DNA of 64,000 bases from Macrostomum lignano (taxonomy: Eukaryota): contig NIVC01001530.1 of the NCBI GenBank assembly GCA_002269645.1, forward strand, positions 62,001 through 126,000, read 5' to 3'. Both the position numbers and the translations under genes were made by a program. The first letter of the stretch is position 1. Each line of letters begins with the position of its first letter. This document shows positions 1 to 12,600 of the stretch, one piece after another. The notes beneath the pieces were generated by a model. It was not told the DNA's origin. It made no database searches and saw only the letters and a list, made by a program, of their open reading frames with translations.

Positions 1-160
1 CACAGGCACACAGGTAAAAGGGACAGACACACAGGAAAAAGGACACAGGCACACAGGTAAAAGGGACAGACACACAGGAAAAAAAACACAGGCACACAGA
101 TAAAAGGGAGACACACAGGTAAAAAGGATATCTGCCTAGGTAAAAGGGACAGACACCGGT
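1..160. repeat. Tandem repeat (CACAGG(T/A)AAAA(G)GGACA-type units), truncated by the window edge
   Basis: Repeated cacaggcacacaggtaaaagggacagacacacagg units visible from base 1. Confidence 0.85.
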
Positions 161-501
161 CACTAGAAGGAAGGTACATAGGAACATAAGACTAAAATAC
201 CGGTCAAACCTAAGAGATTTAGTATATTGTGACTAATATCCACAAAAGCAGAAAGTGTTAAGACAAAGGCAGGAAATGGAGACAAAATTCTGGAGCTTCG
301 TGTAGCAGACCGCGAAAAATCATATAACAGCAACTCTGTTTTCAATCTACTATTAATTAAGGTCATTTACCTTGGATAGTTTAATTAGAAAATTATAACA
401 AATGGCTGTTATTTTGCGGAGCGGTAACTAATAAACTTATAAGAATCCAACTCAAAATTGAAAAATAATTTCAATTTCATTTGTCAAGGGATTTCAGTTA
501 C

Positions 502-2265
502 CTGCAGCAAATATGACATATTGCGTGATGGATTTTATAAAAGCCCATGGACTCATTTCTTCGATACATGTAGCTACAGGGCAAATGCCAATCAAGCCTT
601 GGTTCGTGACTAACGGACAACTGACACGTGTGGCCTAGGATTATAGGGTCAGAGTTAAACAGAAAAGTGATTTTTCAATCTGACTTGTCAAAGATAATTC
701 AAAGGCTGGGCGGAGTCCGCGCTCTTCGAATTTTATTTTTACGGCTTCTGCTAAAAGCATCAACTAGAGAAGAAAATTAAAGCCGTTGCTGCCTTTTTCT
801 CTCAGGACTTGGGCTCTGCATAACTCACTGCAGAGTTGCCTCACTGCCCTGTCTGTTTGTCACACCTACACGTCTCTACTTCTCCTGTCTGCCTCTCCCC
901 TCCTGTCTGCCTCTCTCCTCCTGTCTGCCTCTCTACTTCTCCTGCCTGCCTCTCTACTTCTCCTGTCTGCCTCTCCCCTCCTGTCTGCCTCTCCCCTCCT
1001 GTCTGCCTCTCCCCTCCTGTCTGCCTCTCTACTTCTCCTGTCTGCCTCTCCCCTCCTGTCTGCCTCTCTACTTCTCCTGTCTGCCTCTCCCCTCCTGTCT
1101 GCCTCTCTACTCCTCCTGCCTGCCTCTCTACTTCTCCTGTCTGCCTCTCTCCTTCTCCTGTCTGCCTCTCCCCTCCTGTCTGCCTCTCTACTTCTCCTGT
1201 CTGCCTCTCTACTTCTCCTGTCTGCCTCTCTACTTCTCCTGTCTGCCTCTCTACTTCTCCTGTCTGCCTCTCCCCTCCTGTCTGCCTCTCTACTTCTCCT
1301 GTCTGCCTCTCCCCTCCTGTCTGCCTCTCCCCTCCTGTCTGCCTCTCTACTTCTCCTGTCTGCCTCTCCCCTCCTGTCTGCCTCTCTACTTCTCCTGTCT
1401 GCCTCTCCCCTCCTGTCTGCCTCTCCCCTCCTGTCTGCCTCTCTACTTCTCCTGTCTGCCTCTCCCCTCCTGTCTGCCTCTCTACTTCTCCTGTCTGCCT
1501 CTCCCCTCCTGTCTGCCTCTCTACTCCTCCTGCCTGCCTCTCTACTCCTCCTGCCTGCCTCTCTCCTTCTCCTGCCTGTCCTCCTGTCTGCCTCTCCCCT
1601 TCTCCTGCCTGTCCTCCTGCCTGCCTCTCTACTTCATCTATCTGCCTCCCTCCTTACCTGTCTGCCTCTCTCCTTACCTGTCTGCCTCTCTCCTTACCTG
1701 TCTGCCTCTCTCCTTACCTGTCTGACTCTCTCCTTACCTGTCTGCCTCTCTCCTTACCTGTCTGCCTCTCTCCTTCTCCTGCCCGCCTCTCTCCTTCTCC
1801 TGCCTGCCTCTCTCCTCCTGTGTGTCTCCCTCCTATTTTTCTTTCTTCCTCCCTTCCCTCTTTCTAATTTTCATGCCTACTTTCCACGCATACTTTCTCT
1901 TTCCTATCTCTATATACCTTCGTCTCCTTCTTCCCTCTGTCCTGTCCTCGCTTCTCTGCCTCCACCTTCTTCCCTCTCTGCCTTTCTTCTCTCGTCCGTC
2001 TCTCTACTTCTGAAATGTCAGCCTTTCGCCTGTCCCAGCGTGAGTGTCCGATTGCCAATCTGACAGGATTAATTTTCTGTTCTAAAAATGCGCCTCTTGA
2101 TCAAATCAGTTGAGCCGATTAATGGCATCAGCAAATCGCTGAAGATTACGTTCAAGGCTTTAAAGCACGACATGGTATTAAGTGACTGCTTCTGGCAATC
2201 AGGAATTGCAAAACGTTGTTTGAAAGTGTCAAGAAATCTCAAAATGTCGTTTAAATCCCAGTTAG
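502..2265 (-). CDS. Possible internal exons of an unidentified spliced gene (candidate exons 2265-2150, 763-685, 634-502)
   Basis: Three segments bounded by canonical minus-strand splice sites (TTATTTAG|CT...AAC|GTAATC; TTTTCTTCTCTAG|TTG...ACAA|GTCAGA; TCCTAG|GCC...CAG|GTAACT) join in compatible phases into an open frame (NWDLNDILRFLDTFKQRFAIPDCQKQSLNTMSCFKALN/LMLLAEAVKIKFEERGLRPAFELSLT/SHTCQLSVSHEPRLDWHLPC...). I do not recognise the protein. Confidence 0.3.
846..1830. repeat. Pyrimidine-rich minisatellite, mixed 21-bp (CTGCCTCTCTACTTCTCCTGT) and 18-bp (CTGCCTCTCCCCTCCTGT) units
   Basis: Directly visible; units are multiples of 3, which explains the LLSAS/PVCLS pseudo-ORFs. Confidence 0.97.
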
Positions 2266-2519
2266 CTAAATAAGGAATGCAAAATTAAGAAGCTACACTC
2301 AATGAAATGTGAAAACCTCCTGTAGCTAATAAATAAATAGGGGAAAGGGGTAGTGGAGTAGCGGGTGGATAATGCGTCTGTTTTTAACAAACATGGAGTC
2401 GCCTCAGCACTGAGCTCACACCTACGCTTCTAAGCGCTGAGTATCAGTTTAATGGAGAGTACGAGTACAGAAGGACAGTAGAGAGGAGTTGAAGGCAAGC
2501 AGGAGAAAGGCAAGTAGAA

Positions 2520-3560
2520 GAGAGGCAGATGGGAGAAGTAGAGAGGCAGATGGGAGAAGGAGAAATGCAGATAGGAGAAGGAGAGGCAGATGGGAGAAGT
2601 AGAGAGGCAGATGGGAGAAGGAGAAATGCAGATAGGAGAAGGAGAGGCAGATGGGAGAAGGAGAGAGGCAGATGGGAGGAGAGAGGCAGATGGGAGAAGG
2701 AGAGAGGCAGATGGGAGAAGGAGAGAGGCAGATGGGAGAAGGAGAGAGGCAGATGGGAGAAGGAGAGAGGCAGATGGGAGAAGGAGAGAGGCAGATGGGA
2801 GAAGGAGAGAGGCAGATGGGAGAAGGAGAGAGGCAGATGGGAGAAGGAGAGAGGCAGACGGGAGAAGGAGAGAGGCAGACGGGAGAAGGAGAGAGGCAGA
2901 TGGGAGAAGGAGAGAGGCAGATGGGAGAAGGAGAGAGGCAGATGGGAGAAGGAGAGAGGCAGACGGGAGAAGGAGAGAGGCAGACGGGAGAAGGAGAGAG
3001 GCAGATGGGAGAAGGAGAGAGGCAGACGGGAGAAGGAGAGAGGCAGATGGGAGAAGGAGAGAGGCAGATGGGAGAAGGAGAGGGGCAGATGGAAGAAGGA
3101 GAGAGGCAGATGGAAGAAGGAGAGAGGCAGATGGGAGAAGGAGAGAGGCAGATGGGAGAAGGAGAGAGGCAGATGGAAGAAGGAGAGAGGCAGATGGGAG
3201 AAGGAGAGAGGCAGATGGGAGAAGGAGAGAGGCAGATGGGAGAAGGAGAGAGGCAGACGGGAGAAGGAGAGAGGCAGACGGGAGAAGGAGAGAGGCAGAT
3301 GGGAGAAGGAGAGAGGCAGATGGGAGAAGGAGAGAGGCAGATGGGAGAAGGAGAGAGGCAGATGGGAGAAGGAGAGAGGCAGATGGGAGAAGGAGAGAGG
3401 CAGATGGAAGAAGGAGAGAGGCAGATGGGAGATGGAGAGAGGCAGATGGGAGAAGGAGAGAGGCAGATGGGAGAAGGAGCGAGGCAGATGGGAGATGGAG
3501 AGAGGCAGATGGGAGAAGGAGCGAGGCAGATGGGAGAAGGAGAAAGGCAGATGGGAGAGT
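2520..3560. repeat. Purine-rich 21-bp minisatellite (GGGAGAAGGAGAGAGGCAGAT), followed by (GA)n to about 3635
   Basis: Directly visible; explains the GEGERQM/RREADGR/CLSPSPI pseudo-ORFs. Confidence 0.97.
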
Positions 3561-4189
3561 AGTCAGAGAGAGTAGAGAGAGAGAGAGGGAGAGAGAGAGA
3601 GAGAGAGAGAAAAAGAGAGAGAGAGAGAGAGAGAGGGGGGAAAGGACAGATCATGCTACAGTCTCACAGAATCAAATTAGCCAAATCCCGACGCAAGAGT
3701 CCGAAGAGCAGCAGAGTCGCAAGAGGGAAGGATTATCGATAATGTTACAGTAATCTTAGTGACAAACATTGCATAGCGGTTTCAGCGTAATTATATATAT
3801 TTTATGCTTCGCAGTCGCTACGAGTATTTAACAACTGCTTGGCTTGCAACTTCCTGGCTTCGTCATAATTGACGTAATTGAATTTATATAGTCTGACTCC
3901 AACAAGGATTTGGATCGGCTGGGCCGGCACCGCTGATGGAGCTGGGATGACAATTTCTTAATTAGTAAGAAAACAAGATAATGAAATCAAGGACTTTAGG
4001 GGTTGAGGATAACTTGAAATCAGAGTAGTCTTAGCACAAGACCTCTATTTACCATACAAGTACTGGTTGTCCCTTTGAAATCCACACATTACTTTTACTT
4101 CGAAGTACGAGATGTTAAGAGCGCAGAGGTTGTTGCTTTGAAGTCATCTCTCTAACACTTAAGAGATCCCGTTTAGATCTAAAATAGAT

Positions 4190-4890
4190 CTCATTGAAAT
4201 CTCACTGGATTTAATTGAAATCTCAGTAGATTGCATTCAAATCTCACTAGATTTCATTCAAATCTCAGTAGATTTCATTCAAATCTCACTAGATTTCATT
4301 TAAGTCTCACTAGATTTCATTCCAATCTCACTAAATTTCATTCAAATCTCACTAGATTTCATTCAAATCTCACTAGATTTCATTCAAATCTCACTAGATT
4401 TCATTCCAATCTCACTAGATTTCATTCAAATCTCACTAGATTTCATTCAAATCTCACTAGATTTCATTCCAATCTCACTAGATTTCATTCCAATCTCACT
4501 AAATTTCATTCAAATCTCACTATATTTATTCAAATCTCACTATATTTCATTCCAATCTCACTAAATTTCATTCAAATCTCACTATATTTCATTCAAATCT
4601 CACTAGATTTCATTCAAATCTCACTAGATTTCATTCCAATCTCACTAGATTTCATTCCAATCTCACTAGATTTCATTCCAATCTCACTGAATTTCATTCA
4701 AATCTCACTATATTTATTCAAATCTCACTATATTTCATTCAAATCTCACTATATTTCATTCAAATCTCACTAGATTTCATTCCAATCTCACTAAATTTCA
4801 TTCAAATCTCACTAGATTTCATTCAAATCTCACTAGATTTCATTCCAATCTCACTATATTTCATTCAAATCTCACTAGATTTCATTGAGA
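4190..4890. repeat. 21-bp minisatellite (AAATCTCACTAGATTTCATTC)
   Basis: About 33 tandem units visible. Confidence 0.97.
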
Positions 4891-6089
4891 TCTCATAAAA
4901 TTCTTTGTATCTATTTTTGATTTGGTTAAGAATACCAAATACCAAATGTATTGAAAATTAAAAAAACTATATTGCAATAAAAACAATAATAAGACAGAGT
5001 AGATCCCTTCTCCTCTCTACCTCTCTCCCTTCTCCATCTTAATCCATCCTCTTAGCATATTCTGGTAGACAATGTAGAAAGACAGCTAAATAGTAAGTAA
5101 AAAGTTGATTCGATATAGAAAGAAACCGTGGAGAAAGATGACGACAGTTTAAGAAAGCTGACGAGGGCAGCCTGAGAGTCGGGAAAAATTAAGGGCACAG
5201 AGAGACAGAGATAGAGATTTAGCGAGAAGAGATACTGGCAGATTGGGAGATTGAGCAGAACTCACAGCGGCTCAATAGGAATTAGATTGTAAACACAGCT
5301 AGACTGCAGACTAGAAAATTGCCCTCAAAGGGACTCCGCGGTTGGCCAACTCTCCCCAAGTCTGGAATTATGCCCTGTTTAATGTGTGTACTCAGGACGC
5401 TGACCAACACGCGCTACAAGCATCAGTCTCCATCACTGCCCAGGACAAAAGGCTCTTACCCCAATGCTAGGCGTGCAACAGGAGCCAGAATTCTGGCACA
5501 GCTAGCTGCGCATAGGCTCTTAGCTTAGCTTTCTCCCTCCCCCACAGTCTGGGAATAAATCGGGGCGGGGCTGGGGGTCGGCTGTAAACACTGACTGGAT
5601 TACCGCGCAGATTCCCCTTTAGTCGCGACCGCGTTCCATGAATGCCAGATGCCCAGCATGCAAGCAGCCTGTCCCTTCTCCTCTAACCCTTATTTTTTGT
5701 GGATTTAGTTTAGCTTTAGGCGATGGCAAGTCCAGAGAGAGCGAGCCGGAGGGTGAAGGTCGAGTGTAGGGATCAGCGAGGGAAGTGTTTGAGACGGCAG
5801 AGTGTGGCCAGGCAGTCTCTGTCCCGCCATATAGCGCCTCTCGGCAGCCAATCGCACATAATAAACAATTCCAATTGATTGAACATCCGAGCACATCAAG
5901 TAGCGATATTGACTCTTTATAACAAGCTATATATAATATGAGCATGCAGTGACTAAGACAGCTAGGCTGTCGTAAGCGAGGTTATGTTTACTTTATAGCT
6001 AATTATAGGTAATAGTGCAACTAAAAGAAAAAATGTGAAAATGACCTTGGGAACGGGTTAACCCCTCTTAATAACATCACGAGAGACCC

Positions 6090-6900
6090 CGTATGCTACC
6101 CGGATATTTTTACACGGATATTTGCTACCCAGATGTCTGCCATCCGGATGTTTGCTACCCAGGTGTTTGCTACCCAGGTGTCTGCTATCCAGGTGTCTGC
6201 TATCCGGATGTTTGCTACCCAGCTGTTTTGCTACCAGATGTTTGCTACCCAGGTGTTTGCTACCCAGATGTTTGCACACCCAGATGTCTGCTACCCAGAT
6301 GTTTTGCTACCAGATGTTTGCTACCCAGCTGTTTTGCTACCAGATGTTTGCTACCCAGGTGTTTGCTACCCAGGTGTTTGCTACCCAGGTGTTTGCTACC
6401 CAGGTGTTTGCTACCCAGGTGTTTGCTACCCAGGTGTTTGCTACCCAGATGTCTGCTACCCAGATGTTTTGCTACCAGATGTTTGCTACCCAGCTGTTTT
6501 GCTACCAGATGTTTGCTACCCAGGTGTTTGCTACCCAGGTGTTTGCTACCCAGGTGTTTGCTACCCAGGTGTTTGCTACCCAGGTGTTTGCTACCCAGGT
6601 GTTTGCTACCCAGGTGTTTGCTACCCAGGTGTTTGCTACCCAGATGTTTGCTATCCGGATGTTTGCTACCCGGATGTTTGCTACCCAGGTGTTTGCTATC
6701 CGGATGTTAGCTAACCAGATGTTTGCTACCCGGATGTTTTCTACCCAGATGTTTGCTACCCGGATATTTGCTACCCAGATGTCTTGCTACCCGGATGCTT
6801 GCTACCCAGCTGTTTTGCTACCCAGATGTTTGCTACCCAGATGTTTGCTATCCAGATGTTTGCTATCCGGATGTCTGCTTACTCAGGTCTTTGCTATCCG
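6090..6900. repeat. 15-bp minisatellite (GTTTGCTACCCAG(G/A)T)
   Basis: Directly visible; explains the CLLPR/FATQV/VCYPG pseudo-ORFs. Confidence 0.97.
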
Positions 6901-9420
6901 AATGTCTGCTACTAAGGATGCTTGCAACGCAGATGCTTGTGGCTAGTGAGCTACCGTCTACCAAACATCATAAGCCCTAACACACGTACATGTATCACCT
7001 TTGAGCTTGAGTAAGCATAGCATCGTGACTCTTTAATCCCTGAGTTCGATTCCGCGACTGGACACACAAATTTGATATTCGTGTACAGAGATTGACCTAT
7101 AGGCCTAGTGTGCGGGCACTTTTTTATGCGTACAGGTGTACTTCGGTCCAACTAAAACAGCCTAACCTAAATGTCCAACGAGCTCACTACGAGTACATCG
7201 CCCTGAGCTGACCCGCGGGTACTATACAAATTAAAGAATGTATTGTATTAAATCATATTTGAGCTACAGAATTGATGACCGACACTACGCGCGAACAAAT
7301 TGGATGATTTTCTTTTCATTCATTCAATAACTCCGCATACGAGCGTATGCTTGTAGATTTAAGCAATCTTGCCTCAGCATTCATTACTGCGCGGCAGTGA
7401 GAAAGAAATCGAACGAGATTACAAGGAGAAACGGGTGAGCGGGAGGGAGTGAATCAAGGCAATTCCTATGGTTGTGCACTTCACGGAACCGCTGCAGAGC
7501 GTGTGTGTGTGTGGCTTGCGATGTTAACTGGCAGGCTCTTTCCCTTGAGAGTGTTGTGAGAGATCGCGCGAGGGGATCAGGTCGAGTCGGGATCAGCTAA
7601 GAGCGGTGGCCCACCATTGGATTAACAGAAACTCGCTGCTCCATGTCGGTTCGATAACTTTTGCATTGATTGTCGATTTTTTTCTCATTTTTTGCTACGC
7701 GACAACTCATCAATGCCTTGGAGGGACAATAAGTTTTCTCCGATGTCCAACCTGTGAATTTCCTAAAGTACTGCTCTGCATACCGTATAGGTAAAGCTCT
7801 TTTATACTTGAGTATAAAGATCCAACACAGTACTGGTCACTCAAACAGAGGAGAGGAAGCTGCGCTAGAAGTTTATTTAAAACCAGGGTGTCTTGAATTT
7901 AAGCGTCGCTCGTTGTGTATTGAAGCTGGTGGACTGACCCTAATCGTCTCGAAGTGGAACAACAACTTTTGATTGCAGAAGCTCACAAAACCACACGAAA
8001 ATTATGGAAGTATCTGCAGTGCTGCGGACAAGCAGCCGTTTGGTCCAAGCTAAGCTCCAATCTATCTATATCTTTTCATGGCAAGAGCAGAGCTGTAGTT
8101 CGCAGTCCCGATGCAGATATTCATTAATTTGCTTGACCCAAGCAGCACTAGAGTAGCAATCTAGCTTATATCCATTAACATATAGCCTCATGCCGTAAGC
8201 CCTAGCCGAAAATAAGCTGACACGCAACTGGATTAAAAATCGATAAATCGGCGTGACGCAGCAATCCGAGGCTCAGTTTTATCCCTTCACTCTCTATCTA
8301 CGTCTCTTTCTCTATCGGCCTGGCACACACACACAGTAGTGCACAGCAGTGGCCACAGCTCCGGCACGCTCTCCACCAGCTAGAGAGACCGCGTTGCCTA
8401 AGTCTTTGGGGGAGGGGGGTGGTTTGAAAATCGCGCAAAAAACGAACCATGCACCAGCCTAAGAGGGGCCGCAACTGCCTGCAGCAGCATGTCAAGGACG
8501 AAAACAATTCTTCTATATACTCGTAGCTATATACACATATTTCTATTAGACACCCCTCGCATTCGCCGATGGTTGCAGGGGAGCAGGGCGCAATGTTTTT
8601 TTGGCTTAATTCTTCATTTCTGTCTGCCCCAATCTTATTTCTAGCTTAACCATAGATTGGCATACAGTACTCGCGGGCGCGGCGCTTCTGGTCTGCGAGG
8701 GGGGGGGGGCATTTTTAGATAACCGGGGATTTAGAATTGGGATTTTTATAAGAGGATTTACGTTTTTTTCTGCCCCCTCCTCCACAGTTAGCTAACGGGA
8801 AAAATGAAAATGCAGCAAGGATAAAAGGAGAAAGAGAGATAAAAGGCGGCGCTTTAATGGCACTTCCGTTAGCAATTTTCTTTGTATTCGTATCCAGTTT
8901 CTTTTGCCGATTTTTTATATGCTGCTACTCTCTGTTTATTTCTTCACTATAGTCAATTTTTGCGTTTTCCATCCAAGTTTTTTTCCTTTTTATATTTCAA
9001 TAAAGTCAATTTTGACTTAAAAAGGATCTTGTTAATGATTTTCGCGTAGCATGAGCCGAATATGAATACGCGGTTCTCATTCCTCGCGATGTTGACGCGA
9101 GCAAAAGTTTTCTAATCGAAAATTATTGTTGCTGTTTGGTCACTTTCAAAACATAGAAATCGTTTTAGTTTAACTGCAAAAACTAGGAGCTTTCTAGGAA
9201 TGATTTCGGAATTATCGATGACGTCACGACAGTAGAGTGTTCTCAAAAAATTAAAGTAGAATTCTAGGAAATTTTTGTCACAATTTCACTATATTGTTTA
9301 AACATTCAGCAAGCAATATGCGTCGAAATATATTCTTAAAAAGACCACGAATAACTCTTGACGATTTAGCTTGAGTCTCGACCAGCCAACCAAATCCAGC
9401 AGCCATCATCACCTCCGCAG

Positions 9421-10454
9421 GAATCTTCCCGTTGCCATGGTACCTGCTATCCGAGTTCGCGCACGAATGGACCGTAATTCACCTCTGTGACAGTCCAGCC
9501 GCCGCCAACCTGCTCAGCCTAATGACCTCTACTTTGCCGACTATCTTCCACACCGTGTCAATCTGGCTCACCGTGATCCTAGCCATTCAACGCTGGATTT
9601 ACATCACCTTTCCGATGTCTGTTCAACGACTGTGTACAAACAGAATCTCGGTCGCATCCGTGATAATTCTCCTAGTCTTAGTGACGGCCTTCATGTGCGC
9701 CTGGTTCTACATAGATGGACCCTACCATATTGCTAGTCCGGCCCAAGGAACTGACGGACCGCAACTACTGATTTCGTGCAATCTTCTGTCTGAGCAGCCA
9801 ATCTTCATGGTGATAATCTATGCTCGAATCCTTCTGGTAAATCTGGTCCCGTCTATTCTGCTGATCGTGTTCACTTCGCTGCTCATTAACGGATTACGCA
9901 AGGCAGCCAGACGTCGCAGAAATCTGCTAAGTCCGAAAGCTCGACAGCAGCAGAACCAGCAACACGACAACCACGGCGGCGGTGGTACAAGACGTCGGGA
10001 GGAGCAGAATAATACGACGGCAATGCTAACGCTGGTGGTTGGTATTTTTATGATTGTGGAACTTCCGATGACGGTGGTGATGTCATTGTACGCGTTGAGC
10101 CTAACATCTCGCGAGTTCATGGGCTACGCGGTGCCAATCATCAACTTCACCATATTGGTCACTTATCCAGTGAACTTCTTCATCTATTCGATGATGTCAA
10201 GCCAGTTTCGGCAAACTTTTTCTTCAATTTTCCACTGCTGTTCTTGGCTTGGACAGCGACGGCAGCAGCAGCAGCAGCAGCGCCACCCGCAAAACAAACG
10301 CAAACTCGAGCAACAACAGGACGCACAACCGCTCTGCCAAGAGCAAGTAGAAGCAGTGGAGCTGAAGGAATCAACTAGAACAGGATCTACGCCAGCTGTT
10401 GAAACTGTGGCTTGCATCGAAGTGCAGACTCGCGATTCGAATGGAGAAGTGTGA
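9421..10454 (+). CDS. 3' coding exon (TM2 end to C-terminus) of a class A peptide GPCR, sex peptide/MIP receptor-like
   Basis: Acceptor CTCCGCAG|GA at 9420/9421 (phase 1). The frame reads IFPLPWY...PTIFHTVSIWLTVILAIQRWIY (compare SPR LFPAPW...CHTISVWLTLALAVQRYIY), TM6 IFMIVELP, TM7 YPVNFFIYSMMSSQFRQTF; poly-Q in ICL3 and the tail; stop TGA at 10452-10454. The TM1-TM2 exon was not found in the window. Confidence 0.9.
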
Positions 10455-11877
10455 CATTCAGGATGGAATCCTCATTGACCAGCTTTGATAGATACTAAGC
10501 CATACAGTTATGACTTTATAAATATATATCTTTCCGTTTTAGATTCCTCTCAGTGTTTAATAGATTAGATATGTTTTAAAGCAAAAAACCGAACTAAGAA
10601 AATATTTCTAGGTTGAAAAAAGAGAATCCAAGATTAGAGAAACCAAAATATAGCTATTGTATTTAATAGTTTTTTGTTTTGAATGAGAGGACACGTACTT
10701 TTGTAGATTTTTCTTGGTGATGGTTTAATTCTAATTCTAGATACTAGTTTTCACTTGTCGCTTCTATACATTTGATCCCTGTTGCTTAAGATTCCAAAAC
10801 TAGCTATAGGCTTTTTATAGTCTGAATTCAAACTTTAGTAAAGTTTGTCTAAATGGTCTATATTTGTGTTTAAATAGTCTCTATTAAGCTACTGACTAAC
10901 AACCGTTTGTAATTCACCTACCCCCCCAGTGTCACTTGTTAGCACACGTTATAACAGTTTGTTGAGTAATAATTTACTGTAGTTAAATATTGTACAAACT
11001 GCATACAAGTGAATAATATGGCTGTGGGGATAAATCGACCCGCTAATATTTATCAGTTTAAATATCATTAATTAAATAGTCCTATAATTGCTACTATTGA
11101 ATTTATCATTCAATCCAGAAACCAGTGGTCAACAACACAAGTGGCAGTTTTAATCCAACTCCAGCCACAACCTCGATCCACTCTCTCCTCAAAAACCTAA
11201 GCTGTGACGTGAATTGCATCCCCCACAGTTGAAACAAGAACCGATGGTGATCTGAGAAAAGTTTGCCACTGGTTTTGGAGCGGAAACATTAACAGTGTAT
11301 GCCGATGCCGAGTGTATGCCTGCTAATTTATACATATAAATGCGCTGCTACCTGTTATTGTCAACCTGAAACTAGTTTTTTGTTTATCCATCCTAATATT
11401 ACTCATATTGCAATTGCTACGAGAAGCTTTTCTCGTCAAATGAAAAGCTTTGTAGCGATAAGTTTGTAATCCCACAGTTTAGATAAAAAACATTTATGAT
11501 TACTTTTCACTCTGCACTTCCGCTTCTTACGCTCGTGTTAGCTAATAAATTCAACGAATATTTTAATCCGATAATATTAAACTATAAATGTTTCAGATGT
11601 TTGTGTTTACACCTGTCGTGTATACTCACGTATTATTGCATGTCCCTAAACGTCGTATTTATGCTTCTTGTTAACTTATCATGTGGTTTATGCAAGAAGT
11701 AACTTATAATGCACCACCACTATGCTATCTACGCGGATTAGAGTAGAAGTAGTTAAGCTTATATTTAATTCTAAGAGAATCTGATCGTAAAATACAAATG
11801 TCGACCAAATGTATACATTAGTAAATGAATTCAGTTATTGATATTATTATGTTGATTTCATTTACTCCGTATAAATA

Positions 11878-12598
11878 TAGCATTTTTCAAGCCAATTGAG
11901 CCTAGGAGCAAGCAATTTAATCCTTAGTGGGAGAATTAACCTATTGAAGACTTGCTTTTCATCGTCTATGGCCCGAAAGGGGGGTCTATGAAGCAACCAA
12001 TTTGAGAATCTGGACAATTTGACAATCCTTTCCATAGTTGTGCAAGCCTTAAACCATAGAAAACAGCAGATTTCATTAGACAAACATAGATATGGAAAAC
12101 GAATAAATTAGCGAGCAGAGCAGTGACGACAGTTTTGCTACAGCCCAAGATGCAGTGGATGAGCAGATTCCTGCAGGGCAAGAACCCTATCGCACGATAA
12201 GCAACGAAAAGTACGACCTGATTGTCGCTGCCATCGAGAGAGGTGATAGTGCTGAGCACATTTCGCGATGGCTGGACGTAAAGAGAAAAGCTGTGTATTC
12301 TATCAGGCGTCGCTATGAAATCACGGGCCTGTTTTGATTGGTTTCTCTGAAATCAAAGTGCTAATGTCAATCGTTTTTTGATATGCCATCTATTTGCAGA
12401 CGTTTTTCAGTGAAGTTATTCGTGAAGGATATACGAGCACTGTGAAAAGGATTAATTGCGCGCCCAGATTCTCAAATTAGTTGCTCCATAGACCCCCTTT
12501 CGGGCCATAGACGATGAAAATCAAGTCTTCAATAAGTTGATTTTCCCACTAAGGATTAAATTGCTTGCTCCTAGGCTCAATTGGCTTGAAAAATGCTA
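11878..12598 (+). mobile_element. Internally deleted Tc1/mariner-type element (MITE-like) with about 138-bp TIRs and an HTH remnant
   Basis: TAGCATTTTTCAAGCCAATTGAGCC... (11878-~12016) is the reverse complement of ~12464-12598; TA on both flanks; ORF 12155-12337 (YDLIVAAIERGDSAEHISRWLDVKRKAVYSIRRRYEITG) resembles a Tc1/IS630 N-terminal HTH. Confidence 0.85.
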
Positions 12599-12600
12599 TA

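Noticed and set aside
786-6980. Long ORFs of 180-425 aa (LLSAS, GEGERQM, RFHSNLT, CLLPR, FATQV)
   Set aside because: They coincide exactly with tandem arrays whose units are multiples of 3 and are open in several frames and on both strands; these are repeat artefacts
7010-7050. tRNA gene (GACTCTTTAATCCCTGAGTTCGATTCC)
   Set aside because: Only anticodon-arm and T-loop-like remnants; no full cloverleaf; at most a SINE fragment
9432-9434. TTG as the GPCR start codon (as given in the ORF track)
   Set aside because: The frame begins inside TM2 just after a good AG acceptor, so this is a spliced 3' exon rather than the gene start
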